From a virus (Duplodnaviria; Heunggongvirae; Uroviricota; Caudoviricetes), in IMG/VR virus record IMGVR_UViG_3300033141_002732: a stretch of 64,000 nucleotides of DNA. The stretch is one strand, 5' to 3'. The notes beneath the pieces were generated by a model, which was given only the letters and a program-made list of their open reading frames with translations, was not told the origin of the DNA and did no database searches. Position numbers and translations under genes: made by a program. Positions 10,147 to 20,191 of the stretch are shown piece after piece (position 1 is the first letter of the stretch; each line of letters begins with the position of its first letter).

Positions 10147-11277
10147 TTAATTAGAAAAATATAGAACATCAATATCTTCACCAATTATAATTCCAGATCT
10201 TTGTAATGCAAGTTTCATTGACTCTTTGTTAGCAATAGAATTATCAGATAGTATATTTTGAATATGTTTCTTTTTATCTAAAATTTCCGTACTACTAGGA
10301 TCATCTAATTCTCTAGATAATAATTCAAAGGAAACTAATTTCAGATTATTAGAAATAGTACTATTTTTGATCTCTTCATTAATAACAATACTCAAATATT
10401 TGTTCAATTCATTACTAGAATCAATATTAAATATAATTTCATTGTTTCTAACTTTATCATATATAGTATTCATATTTCCAGATAATTTTAATAAATCATC
10501 AAATATACTTATAAATCTCTTAGAACCAATCCCTTTTACTCCATAAACATCATCTCCAGAATCTCCAATAATACTCATAGCTAAAGGTAAAAACTCATCT
10601 GGAATATGAGTATCAACATGTAAAAAAGAAGACATTACTTTTCCACATTTTACCAACTTTTTATGTTTTGGAACTTTAGAAAAAACAGAACAATTTTGTT
10701 TTACACATTGAAATAAATCATGATCATTTGAATAAACTAAATGATAAATATCATCTCCATCTTCAACTAAATTTCTAGTCATCAAATAATATGGTACAAA
10801 ATCAGCTTCTAAATTTGGAAGTCTAATAAATTTTATATTCGGAATTTTATTAAATACTTTTTCAGACAACAAAAAATTAGAATGTAAAACTTGAAAAAAT
10901 AAATCTCTTTTATCTCTATCTAAACCATATAAATCATCAATTTTTCTAGATATTTTATATTTTTTACTAATATTCTTATGATAATAAGATATTCCACTTT
11001 CTAAAAAAATATACACATTTATATTAATATTTCTCTTAACTGCATATATTTTATGAAAAGATAAAAAAGATAATATTGAAGAGAAAACAGATGTATCAAA
11101 CCTTTTAGTTCCTAAAGAACTTTCTACTATATTTAAAATTGCATGTTCCATATATATAGTTTGTAAATTATTTTTCAAATCAATATATATATTTAATGTT
11201 TTACAATCATTTCCAGAAATAACTTCATCAAGAATGCTATAACTTGGATAATAAGATAAAAGGCTAGCAGGATGCAT
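10147..11277 (-). CDS. 5'-3' exonuclease / flap endonuclease (T4 RNase H-like)
   Basis: 'IIGDSGDDVYGVKGIGSKRFISIF' resembles the FEN/5'-3' exonuclease helix-hairpin-helix region 'GDxSDNIPGVxGIGxKTA'. Confidence 0.55.
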   Translation of the reverse strand: MHPASLLSYYPSYSILDEVISGNDCKTLNIYIDLKNNLQTIYMEHAILNIVESSLGTKRFDTSVFSSILSFLSFHKIYAVKRNININVYIFLESGISYYHKNISKKYKISRKIDDLYGLDRDKRDLFFQVLHSNFLLSEKVFNKIPNIKFIRLPNLEADFVPYYLMTRNLVEDGDDIYHLVYSNDHDLFQCVKQNCSVFSKVPKHKKLVKCGKVMSSFLHVDTHIPDEFLPLAMSIIGDSGDDVYGVKGIGSKRFISIFDDLLKLSGNMNTIYDKVRNNEIIFNIDSSNELNKYLSIVINEEIKNSTISNNLKLVSFELLSRELDDPSSTEILDKKKHIQNILSDNSIANKESMKLALQRSGIIIGEDIDVLYFSN

Positions 11278-11280
11278 ATA

Positions 11281-12066
11281 TCACTCCAATGTATCTATAG
11301 AAGATCTTATAAATACATTAACTCCAACATTATTAATACAAGTATTAAATCTACTAATGCAAATATTTTCTCTTTCTCTAAACATATTAAATTTAATATC
11401 ACCATCATGATCTATAATAAATGGTATAACAACTAAATTAGAATATGAATTTTCAATAGAAACATCAGTTTCTACATGAATATTACCAATCAATTTAGCA
11501 AATTGGTCCTTCGATTGAGTTTCAGTAACAAGATCTGCAAACTCCCCATTAAATAAAAGTTGCAAAGAATTCATATTGAAAGATTTAGAAATAATACTTA
11601 TTCTATTTGAAAAAGATTCTTTTATATCAAGTTCTAAAATTGGTGATTGTCCATCTAGAACAAAAATACTATCTAGTTCCTCTTGACTCATAAATTTATT
11701 ATCCATAAATTCAAGATTTGGATTAGCAAACTTTAATATAGTTTGACTATCTGAAAAAGAAAAAGAAGAACTATTTACTTTTATTTCAACAATTTCATTC
11801 AAAAAACATTTTAATAAATCTATTTTTTGTCTTATATTAGTTAATGGTATATTTAAATTAAAAGCTCCAGGCGAATCAGAAATAATATTAGAAATATCAA
11901 TTTCAAAAATACAACTATGGTCATCACTTCTTTGTCTAATTACACCATCCCGAATATCTACATCACTACATAAATCTCTCAACAAAGATATAGTTCTAAT
12001 AAAATCTTCATATTGTTGAGCATCTAAATTTATAATTCTTTCTTCTTGAACTTGAGTATCAGACAT
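11281..12066 (-). CDS. hypothetical protein
   Basis: 261-aa ORF with SD 'aggaaaggag' upstream. Confidence 0.4.
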   Translation of the reverse strand: MSDTQVQEERIINLDAQQYEDFIRTISLLRDLCSDVDIRDGVIRQRSDDHSCIFEIDISNIISDSPGAFNLNIPLTNIRQKIDLLKCFLNEIVEIKVNSSSFSFSDSQTILKFANPNLEFMDNKFMSQEELDSIFVLDGQSPILELDIKESFSNRISIISKSFNMNSLQLLFNGEFADLVTETQSKDQFAKLIGNIHVETDVSIENSYSNLVVIPFIIDHDGDIKFNMFRERENICISRFNTCINNVGVNVFIRSSIDTLE

Positions 12067-12224
12067 TTAACAACTCCTTTCCTATTAAACCTCTTTGATA
12101 TAATTTTCTAACTTTTTTCTTTATTTGTTTTAAATTCATGTCTTCAGTATTATTATAATATGATCTTAAAAGTAAAAGAATTTTTGGGTTTTTAAAAATA
12201 GCTTTATTTATTCTTTTACACATC

Positions 12225-12389
12225 CTACCATTCATAAGCAGTATCCTCCATTAATTCATAAATATCATTAACTTTATTTTCAATATCATGAGAATTTAGT
12301 ATTATCTCTTTAATTTTATTTTTTATTTCAACATTGAAATCTAAACCCTTCTCATATATCTCATCAATAAAATCAAAATATTTTGACAT
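12225..12389 (-). CDS. small hypothetical protein
   Basis: Start trimmed to the internal Met ('MSKYFDF') to avoid overlap with the upstream gene. Confidence 0.3.
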   Translation of the reverse strand: MSKYFDFIDEIYEKGLDFNVEIKNKIKEIILNSHDIENKVNDIYELMEDTAYEW

Positions 12390-12393
12390 AATA

Positions 12394-12774
12394 TTATTCC
12401 TTGTTAATTTTCTTAACAATAGTTATATATACAAATTTATCTTCAGTTACTTCAATAGAATGAACATAATCAAGAGTAACAAAATATTCTTCAGTTTTAG
12501 TTAAAATTTCCATTACTCTTTCAGCAAGTTTTTTCAACCTACTTTCTTCAGTATTGATTGGAATACAAAAAATCATTAATATACTATCAAAACCATTAAA
12601 ATCATATTGAAACATACAAACATTATTTCCAAGAACCATGTGCATTTGATCAGAACTAGCAGCTTTACAAACTAAACTATAATAATTAATTTTATCTAAT
12701 CTACCATCATATTTAATACCAGATTCAACAGTAGAATCAAAAATATCTCTTATCTTTTCTTTAAAAAGGTCCAT
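12394..12774 (-). CDS. hypothetical protein
   Basis: 126-aa ORF. Confidence 0.35.
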   Translation of the reverse strand: MDLFKEKIRDIFDSTVESGIKYDGRLDKINYYSLVCKAASSDQMHMVLGNNVCMFQYDFNGFDSILMIFCIPINTEESRLKKLAERVMEILTKTEEYFVTLDYVHSIEVTEDKFVYITIVKKINKE

Positions 12775-12845
12775 TCTATTTATTTTCCTTAACTAAATTA
12801 ATATAAATTTTATTTTTGTTCATAATTTATACAATATATTCTAAA

Positions 12846-13820
12846 CTAAAGAATTATCTTTGTAGGTTCAACAGATTTACTTCCGAAATCTTTTCCATTT
12901 TTATTATAGTATACAGTTAACGTATCAATTTTAGAAAACTTTTTAATTTTTTTATAATAATCAAGAGAAATACCATTATCAGATAAAATAATAACATCTG
13001 GAAAAAATATAGATTCATAAAACTTTATACTATTAATTAATGAAGCATATTTAGAAGATAAAGCTGATGCATATATAGAAACTTCATCTTTTAAATTTAT
13101 ATAATCAAATAAACTTTCATTAAAAATATCAAAAATACCTTCTGCTAAAATAATTTTTTTACTAAATTTATTATTACCAGGTATCCTATAATAATCAAGA
13201 AATAAAGGATTATATAAATTTAATTTAAAATATGAAAAATTAGAATTGTCATTAATATTTCTAAAAACTACTTTTGATTGATTATTAGTTAAAAATCCAA
13301 CAAAATTAGAATGTAAAAAATCTCTAATTCTAAAAAGAGTTTGATTAATTGGAATATCATTAATATTTAGAAATTCATCTATATCAAAAATCAAACCTTT
13401 AATTTCTGATATACTTATATTGAAGAATTTTAACCTTTTTTTAATATATAAATATTTATTTGAAAATTTATTAATATCAATAGAAGGTATTTTATAATCT
13501 CTTTTTATTTCTATTTTATCATTTAAATTAATATTATTCTGAATATTTCTTACTTTATCTTGATCTACATATTTATTAGAAATATCATATCCAGAAATTT
13601 TTGAAATTAATTTATGTATTAATCCACTTTCTCCACAATCACCAAAAAAACAATGAAATATTGGAGCTTCTAAAGATATATATAAATGATAATGTTTCTT
13701 ATCTTTTTGATATTCACACCATGGACACCTACATACTATATTTTTACTCTTTACTTTTACAGGATCGCCCAAATTTTTTATTAGATAATCAATAAATTCA
13801 TCTTTATATATACCAATCAT
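12846..13820 (-). CDS. DNA primase (T4 gp61-type zinc finger + Toprim)
   Basis: 'CRCPWCEY...HCFFGDCGESG' zinc finger like gp61 'CPVCGD...HCYNCNYH'. Toprim-like 'ILAEGIFDIF' and 'ILSDNG' follow. Confidence 0.6.
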   Translation of the reverse strand: MIGIYKDEFIDYLIKNLGDPVKVKSKNIVCRCPWCEYQKDKKHYHLYISLEAPIFHCFFGDCGESGLIHKLISKISGYDISNKYVDQDKVRNIQNNINLNDKIEIKRDYKIPSIDINKFSNKYLYIKKRLKFFNISISEIKGLIFDIDEFLNINDIPINQTLFRIRDFLHSNFVGFLTNNQSKVVFRNINDNSNFSYFKLNLYNPLFLDYYRIPGNNKFSKKIILAEGIFDIFNESLFDYINLKDEVSIYASALSSKYASLINSIKFYESIFFPDVIILSDNGISLDYYKKIKKFSKIDTLTVYYNKNGKDFGSKSVEPTKIIL

Positions 13821-13822
13821 TT

Positions 13823-14131
13823 TTAACCTCTAAGATTTTGTAGCCAATCTAAAAAACCATGATTATTACATTTTGAACATCCACTTCCATTACAATTATC
13901 ACATATAAATATAAGATTTTCAAAAGAATTACAATCAAATCCAGTTCCATGACAATATTCACATTCACCACCACTCCAAGAAAATCCAAAAGTCATTTTA
14001 TAAACACCTGATAAACCAGTTCCATTACAATGTTTACATTTAGATAGTGGAATAGAAGAATTTTCAGAAAGTCTATTTAAAAAAACAAAAAGAGAATTTT
14101 TATCTATATGTTCTAAATTAATGTTTTCCAT
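13823..14131 (-). CDS. small DnaJ-type zinc-finger-like protein
   Basis: Three CxxCxGxG repeats: 'CKHCNGTG', 'CEYCHGTG', 'CDNCNGSG'. Confidence 0.4.
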   Translation of the reverse strand: MENINLEHIDKNSLFVFLNRLSENSSIPLSKCKHCNGTGLSGVYKMTFGFSWSGGECEYCHGTGFDCNSFENLIFICDNCNGSGCSKCNNHGFLDWLQNLRG

Positions 14132-15110
14132 TTAAAATAGTATTCCTATATTCATTAAGAACTTTAATAATTTCAAATATCATAGACATAAAATTCATTG
14201 ATGGAACCAAACAATTAGAATGTGAATTAGTATATTTATTTATTATAATTTTTGCATGTGATGGAATATTAGAAGTAAAAAATAAAGAAGAATATATTCC
14301 TCTATAATCTAAGTCAAAATCATTTAACAAATTAAGAATGTTATTAATTATTTGACTTATTTTATGTTTCTCACCTTTTTCTAATAAACTAATAATTTCA
14401 ACTATATTTGATATTAAAACCTTTTCATTTGTTGTTATTAATTCTCTATTTACAAATAACTTTCCAGATAATGAAGATTTTTGTAATAAATTAACAATTC
14501 TTCTAATATCTGGATATAAATTATCAACAATAAATTTTATATCATAATCTTCATAAGGAATTGATTCACTTTTTAATATTTCTTTACAATAGTTTACAAC
14601 AAATTCAATTGGTAATTGTTTAAAAGAATATAACATAAATCTTGATTGAATTGGTTCTGGTATTTTAGAAATATAATTACAAGTAAATATAAATCTACCA
14701 CTTTCTTCTTGATATTTATTAATTAAATATCTTAATGAATTAAAACTTGCATCTGTTAAATAATCAGCTTCATCTATAAAAACAATTCTATAATTATCTT
14801 GTCCAGCAGGTGGAATTTTTAGAAATGGTTCTATTACATCATCCACAAAATTAATTCCTCTAGATTTTTTAGCAGAACCATTAATCTCTAGTAAATTATC
14901 TCTTGGATTATTTAAAACACCATTTTTAGATGATAATATTCTAGAGAGAACTGTTTTACCACCACCAGGAGGACCATAAAATAATAAATTACCAATTTCT
15001 TTTTTATAAATACATTTTTCAAAATCTTTTCTATAAACATCTGGTAAAACTAAATCTTCTATTTTTTTTGGTCTATATTTTTCAACCCATATATTATTCA
15101 AAAATTCCAT
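14118..15110 (-). CDS. clamp loader AAA+ ATPase (RFC/gp44-like)
   Basis: Walker A 'LLFYGPPGGGKT', Walker B 'IVFIDEADYL', SRC-like 'PIQSRF' motif. Confidence 0.65.
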   Translation of the reverse strand: MEFLNNIWVEKYRPKKIEDLVLPDVYRKDFEKCIYKKEIGNLLFYGPPGGGKTVLSRILSSKNGVLNNPRDNLLEINGSAKKSRGINFVDDVIEPFLKIPPAGQDNYRIVFIDEADYLTDASFNSLRYLINKYQEESGRFIFTCNYISKIPEPIQSRFMLYSFKQLPIEFVVNYCKEILKSESIPYEDYDIKFIVDNLYPDIRRIVNLLQKSSLSGKLFVNRELITTNEKVLISNIVEIISLLEKGEKHKISQIINNILNLLNDFDLDYRGIYSSLFFTSNIPSHAKIIINKYTNSHSNCLVPSMNFMSMIFEIIKVLNEYRNTILNGKH

Positions 15111-15117
15111 AAAACTC

Positions 15118-15522
15118 CTAACAGTTATAAGTTGGACTAGTATGTAAAATTGCTAGTTGAGTTTGTTCCTTTACAAAATTAGAAATTATTCTTTTTTCTA
15201 TATTTTTTTCAAAATTATTTAATGCATCTTTTCCAAATATTATTTTATTGTTCTCATCAAAATCATGAACTTCTACAACAATAACGTCCTTTAACCACTC
15301 AAATTTATTTAATATTAACATATATAAAGCAGCCTGGTCTGGTAATACTGATACTTTAAATGAAACTTTTATTGAATCACCTTTTTTATCAAAATATAAC
15401 ATCATATCATTATTTGAAAAAACATAACCTTTTTTTATATCAGTAACATTTATAATATTAATATTATATTTAGAAAGTTCTTTTTTAATATCCTCCACTT
15501 TTTTCAATATAATATCCTCCAT
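15118..15522 (-). CDS. hypothetical protein
   Basis: Start placed at the internal Met 'MEDIILKK'; the longer ORF-track start has a hydrophobic low-complexity lead. Confidence 0.35.
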   Translation of the reverse strand: MEDIILKKVEDIKKELSKYNINIINVTDIKKGYVFSNNDMMLYFDKKGDSIKVSFKVSVLPDQAALYMLILNKFEWLKDVIVVEVHDFDENNKIIFGKDALNNFEKNIEKRIISNFVKEQTQLAILHTSPTYNC

Positions 15523-15628
15523 ATTTTTGTATTTTGTTCTAAATGAAAAAAATAAATTCTTTATAACAAAACAACAAAAAAAAGACAATATAATATTTTA
15601 TATTATCTTTTTTAAATACAAAATTAAA

Positions 15629-15859
15629 CTACTTTTTTTTCTTTCTTTGTTTCTGAGGTCTAGTTTTTTTATTATTACTATCAATATAATTTTTCTTTTC
15701 ATTAGTATCAAATAATGGACATTTACCAATTCTCCATCTACTTTGAGGAGAAATATAAGAACAACAAAAATTCTTTTCGTCTTCATTTAAAATTCTTAAA
15801 CAACCATTACATTCAGGAATAATTTCTTCACGAAGATTTTTTAAAGATAAAATTTTCAC
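15629..15859 (-). CDS. small Cys-containing basic protein
   Basis: 76 aa, 'CNGC...CC...C' and K/R-rich C-terminus. The overlapping ORF 15598..15786 is rejected. Confidence 0.3.
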   Translation of the reverse strand: MKILSLKNLREEIIPECNGCLRILNEDEKNFCCSYISPQSRWRIGKCPLFDTNEKKNYIDSNNKKTRPQKQRKKKK

Positions 15860-15882
15860 AATTAAACCTCCCTTTAATAATT

Positions 15883-16212
15883 TTATTCAAATAATTCTCC
15901 TGTAACACTTACAACATTTGGCCATAAAACATCTTTATATGGGCCTGCATTAATATCTGTTTTACTATATTCTATTTGTCTTTCAATTTCATCTATTGCA
16001 TCTAATTTAAGATAATAACTTTTTGATATTAAAAGAATATGACCATATCGATCAAAAACTTCAAAACGAAAACCATGAAAATTTCCTACTTGAATTTTTT
16101 TTGTTAAATTAATATCTATTTTTTTCTGGAATTCGTTCTGGTCCTTTTCATCTACAGTCACTACAAATTTACTGTAATTTTCGATCTTTACACCATCTAT
16201 CTGAAAGAACAC
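15883..16212 (-). CDS. hypothetical protein
   Basis: 109-aa ORF. Confidence 0.35.
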   Translation of the reverse strand: MFFQIDGVKIENYSKFVVTVDEKDQNEFQKKIDINLTKKIQVGNFHGFRFEVFDRYGHILLISKSYYLKLDAIDEIERQIEYSKTDINAGPYKDVLWPNVVSVTGELFE

Positions 16213-16239
16213 CTTCGCATTCTGGACAATATGGTAACT

Positions 16240-16662
16240 TCATTTTTCTACTCTTTTCTTTTTTAATGGAACTATAAACATTTCTTTTGTAACTATTATA
16301 TTACATTTATTTTGAATACCTTCAGCCACAATATTTCTAAAATAAACTTTTCTGATAATCTGATTATAAGATCTTAACATATTATAATCAGCATCTTCAT
16401 AGGTAATATAAATATGAAAACCAGTTTCATATGATTTATTAGAACATACACAACTTAAAAAATTATATGAATAAGAAGGACATCTATAATCTTTTTCATT
16501 CAACCAAACTCCAATAGGTAAATTTTTAGCATCAAAATATAATCCTCTTAATTTACCATATAAATCTTTTTTAAAAATTTTGTAACCAACATTATGTCTA
16601 TTTTCCTTCTGAATGTTTATTTCTTCTATATCTCTACAATAATCTAAACACATAATAATCAT
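16240..16662 (-). CDS. hypothetical protein
   Basis: 140-aa ORF. Confidence 0.35.
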   Translation of the reverse strand: MIIMCLDYCRDIEEINIQKENRHNVGYKIFKKDLYGKLRGLYFDAKNLPIGVWLNEKDYRCPSYSYNFLSCVCSNKSYETGFHIYITYEDADYNMLRSYNQIIRKVYFRNIVAEGIQNKCNIIVTKEMFIVPLKKKRVEK

Positions 16663-16668
16663 ATCCTT

Positions 16669-17892
16669 TCAAAAATCAGATATTATAAATAATTTATCTC
16701 TTGATCTTGTTACAGCAGTATATAACCATTTAGCATAAAAAATATCATCCCAATAATATGATTTCTCTTCAAATAAAATAACTCGATTCCATTCAGATCC
16801 TTGGGACTTATGTACAGAAATACAATATCCAAAATCAAAGAAGTCAATAGAATCAAATAGAGAATCTAATATTTTTTTATTTTTTTTATTACTTTTACTT
16901 GAATTAAATTTATTTATTTCCTCATTATAATTTATTTTATTAAGACAACAATTAGAAATCAATCCTTCATATAAATCAGGAAGTTTATCAAATTCAATTG
17001 TTGATCTATACACATCTTTAGAATATGGTAATAACCATAATAAAGTTCCAATTTGTCCATTCATAACTTTATTATCATAATTATTCTTTAAACAAACTAA
17101 TCTTTCTCCAGGATATGGTTCAATATTATTAAAATTTAATCTCTCTCGAATCATATTATTAATAATAACTCTAGTTCTATTCATACCACAAAGAGAAATT
17201 GTTTCAGAGTCAAAATCAATTGAATTCCAATAATTTTTACAATGTTGGGAATTCCAGGATACTTTAAAAACTTTATTAGAAAACTTTTTGTTATTTGGTA
17301 TGTAACCATTTTTTCTAATAAAATATGATAATTTAATTATAGATGATTCAAATGCTTGTCTATGTATAGTTTTTAATGAAATATGTGGTTTAGACATTAT
17401 ATTAAAATTATCATTACTAACAGGAGGTAATTGAAAATGATCACCAAAAAATACTATAGGAACCCCATAATATTTTAAATCTTGCCAAATTTCTCTAGAT
17501 ATCATAGAAGATTCATCAACAAAAATCAATTCATAATTAAATTCATCATATGATTTTTTCCTCCATCTAACTAAAACTTGTTTTCCATCCTCATCTTTTT
17601 CAAACACTGGTGTATATATCAATTTATGAATAGTCCCTATATAATCATATTCTGAAAAAATACCTATCATCTTTTCAGATAAAACTGATGCAGCTTTTCC
17701 GGTATAAGAACATAAAGCTACTCTATTAATATCTTTTAAAGAATCTCGAATTTTTGATATTAAAGTTGTTTTACCAGTTCCTGCATATCCACCAACAACT
17801 AAATAATTTAAAGTTTTTAAATCTAAACTTTTCCTTATCCAATTAATCACATAATCATAAACAGATTTCTGTTCTTCATTTAATTCTACCAT
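16669..17892 (-). CDS. Dda/RecD-like SF1 DNA helicase
   Basis: Walker A 'VVGGYAGTGKTT', 'LIFVDESSM' (DExx), C-terminal 'CISVHKSQGSEW' RecD/Dda signature. Start placed at 'MVELNEEQ'. Confidence 0.7.
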   Translation of the reverse strand: MVELNEEQKSVYDYVINWIRKSLDLKTLNYLVVGGYAGTGKTTLISKIRDSLKDINRVALCSYTGKAASVLSEKMIGIFSEYDYIGTIHKLIYTPVFEKDEDGKQVLVRWRKKSYDEFNYELIFVDESSMISREIWQDLKYYGVPIVFFGDHFQLPPVSNDNFNIMSKPHISLKTIHRQAFESSIIKLSYFIRKNGYIPNNKKFSNKVFKVSWNSQHCKNYWNSIDFDSETISLCGMNRTRVIINNMIRERLNFNNIEPYPGERLVCLKNNYDNKVMNGQIGTLLWLLPYSKDVYRSTIEFDKLPDLYEGLISNCCLNKINYNEEINKFNSSKSNKKNKKILDSLFDSIDFFDFGYCISVHKSQGSEWNRVILFEEKSYYWDDIFYAKWLYTAVTRSRDKLFIISDF

Positions 17893-18397
17893 TATTTCTC
17901 CAATATATTCTACATTTTCTTTTTGAAAATTTTTGAGCTTCTTTAATTTTTTCCTTACCACCAAAATATATATCAATTCTTTTCGTATATCTTTCATTCA
18001 TTTTATCTAAAACAACTTTTGTACCTATATTTTCAATATAAACTTTAGTATTCCTATTTAAACCTATTTTTAATAAATCTCTTGAAACTGCAATAATATT
18101 TGGTCGAATTTTATCATTCCAAGCACAAATATTTGGAGTATCATCAGTTTGAGATTCTACTGAATTATATGCTGTAACATCAACAATTACAGAATTTAAT
18201 AAAGATTTATCATATAAAACTAATTCCCGAATATTAAGAATATTTGGAAGATTTAATTCTTCTTGATATAACATCATATCAATTTGCAATGCTTTCATTT
18301 CAATTTGTAATATTTTTGGAATATTTCCATCAGAAGATATATTTGGTATGAATAACAAAATAACAAATAATGATAATAATAAAATAACTTTTTTCAT
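17876..18397 (-). CDS. secreted 3D-domain protein (MltA/YuiC-like)
   Basis: N-terminal signal peptide 'MKKVILLLSLFVILLFIP', then 'DVTAYNSVESQTDDTP...IIAVSRDLL...RIDIYF' matching the 3D (Asp-Asp-Asp) domain pattern. Confidence 0.55.
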   Translation of the reverse strand: MKKVILLLSLFVILLFIPNISSDGNIPKILQIEMKALQIDMMLYQEELNLPNILNIRELVLYDKSLLNSVIVDVTAYNSVESQTDDTPNICAWNDKIRPNIIAVSRDLLKIGLNRNTKVYIENIGTKVVLDKMNERYTKRIDIYFGGKEKIKEAQKFSKRKCRIYWRNNGRIK

Positions 18398-18536
18398 TAT
18401 TAAATCTCCATTTTATTTTTTGTTCAGTATTAATGAAACAAATACTATTTATCAAATATTTATATATATAACAAAAAAGATTATAACCAAATAAAAAAAG
18501 AACAAAATTATGAATTAGATTAGAAAAGGAGAATAT
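18398..18536. promoter_or_regulatory. divergent intergenic region at strand-switch (putative bidirectional promoters)
   Basis: All genes to the left are minus-strand and all to the right plus-strand. AT-rich 139-bp spacer with SD 'aaaggag' for the + gene. Confidence 0.35.
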
Positions 18537-18938
18537 TTGATGGCAATAGATCAAGATAGATTAGACAAAATTTTAAAAGAATCAGGAGAATCATTATCAA
18601 CTACAAATTTAACAAATACCGAAAAAGATAAATTAACACAAATAAATAATCAACAATTAATCTCATCAAATAAACCAGATTATTCTTTATCAGCATCTCA
18701 ACCTCAATGTCCACAATGTGGTTTATTTCATCCTCCATTACCTCAAGGAGAAAAATGTCCAAATGCTCCAATAAAAAATCAAGAAGGTAAAGATGTTGAT
18801 ATTAATAAATATTTAACAATATTAAAAGATGTAATAATAAGTCAATCTCAAAAGAAAAATATTCAAGATATAGATGATTTATTTAAAAAAATAATAATTT
18901 TAGTAACAAAATTTTTGGAAAGTATTAAGGTAAAATAA
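18537..18938 (+). CDS. hypothetical protein with CxxC...C motif
   Basis: 'CPQCGLFHPPLPQGEKCPN'; strong SD 'agaaaaggagaatatttg'. Confidence 0.4.
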   Translation: MMAIDQDRLDKILKESGESLSTTNLTNTEKDKLTQINNQQLISSNKPDYSLSASQPQCPQCGLFHPPLPQGEKCPNAPIKNQEGKDVDINKYLTILKDVIISQSQKKNIQDIDDLFKKIIILVTKFLESIKVK

Positions 18939-19877
18939 GTGAAAATAGCAAGTGAAAGAAGCATGAACTGGATTATATCTCCTCTAAAAAAATATGGAAA
19001 TATTATACAATTACCTTTTGAATTTAAAAAATACCATCCATTTAAATCTATTAAACCATATTTAATTATGTATGGATTTTGGGATATTGATTGTTTTAAT
19101 ATGATGGATGTAATATCAAATGAATTCTTAAATCAATATTTCTCTAAAAAAAATGGAGGTTATATACCAAAAAATCCATACGAAGCATTACATATAAATG
19201 AACAATTAAATTTAAATAAAGATGATTTATTTAATATAAATAATGATATATTAAATAAAAAAAAGAAAATTACAAGAATAAAAATATCTGATTTTGAAAT
19301 AAAAAAATATTCTTTTTTTAATCATTTATCTTCTAATAAAATATTTGATATCATGAATAAAATAATGAATTGTAAATTTCAACTTGTTTATGGAGTTCGA
19401 AATTTTTTATTTTTACAAAATAAAAAAATTAAAACAAATTATATAAATTTTAATAATCTGCCAGAAAGTAGATATAAAAACCCTGACCAATTTTGTTTGA
19501 TAAAAATAAATAAAGAACATCAAAAAGCAAATAAACAAATATATGAAAGAGAATATTTAATTGAATTTAAAACTCCATTATCTTTTTTATTTATTAGGAA
19601 TCTTATTTTAATAAATATTGATTGGATTCCTGAAGAAGTTTATTTAATAAAATATAAACCTGCTCAATATCTATATAGATTTTTCTTCACTCATAATAAT
19701 AAGAAAAAAATTAAATTAAACTTGAATGATATAAAATTTCGACTAAATTTGAAAAATAGTAATATTAATCAAATTAGAAATTTAGTTTTAAAATCTATTG
19801 AAGAATTAAAAAATATAGGTATAGTAAAAAAATTTGATTTCATAAATGATAAAAATATACATGTTGAAAATGTATGA
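18939..19877 (+). CDS. hypothetical protein (GTG start)
   Basis: 312-aa ORF beginning with GTG immediately after the previous stop. Confidence 0.4.
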   Translation: MKIASERSMNWIISPLKKYGNIIQLPFEFKKYHPFKSIKPYLIMYGFWDIDCFNMMDVISNEFLNQYFSKKNGGYIPKNPYEALHINEQLNLNKDDLFNINNDILNKKKKITRIKISDFEIKKYSFFNHLSSNKIFDIMNKIMNCKFQLVYGVRNFLFLQNKKIKTNYINFNNLPESRYKNPDQFCLIKINKEHQKANKQIYEREYLIEFKTPLSFLFIRNLILINIDWIPEEVYLIKYKPAQYLYRFFFTHNNKKKIKLNLNDIKFRLNLKNSNINQIRNLVLKSIEELKNIGIVKKFDFINDKNIHVENV

Positions 19878-19960
19878 AATTGTCAACAAAATGTATAGAA
19901 TGCATATAAAAATGTATAAAACGCATATAAAAATGTATAAAACGCATATAAAAATGTATT
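19868..19960. repeat. phased direct repeats, 21-bp period ('aaaatgtata' core; 'gcatataaaaatgtataaaac' x3)
   Basis: 'aaaatgtat' recurs at 19868, 19889, 19910, 19931 and 19952, exactly 21 bp apart. Confidence 0.6.
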
Positions 19961-20191
19961 TTAAATAGAATCAAAAAAATACTGAATTTATAAATAATTA
20001 TAAATACTTATATACATTTGTTTTATTAGTAGTAAAAGGTAAGATTAAAGATTAAAGATTAATATATTTTGTATTCTAAAACATATTCTATTACAAATAA
20101 AAAAAGAATTAAATTAGTATTTAGATTTCTTATAAATTTAAAATCTAGTGATAATAATGTTTATTTTTTAAATTAGTTTTATAATTCAAAT

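Noticed and set aside
11281-12066. Temptation to call this the sliding clamp (gp45-like) because of T4 synteny
   Set aside because: There is no sequence motif support, and the gene is not adjacent to the clamp-loader gene. Left as hypothetical.
15598-15786. Alternative small ORF overlapping 15629-15859
   Set aside because: Different frame, same strand. The Cys-containing frame with a basic tail was preferred. Neither is strongly supported.
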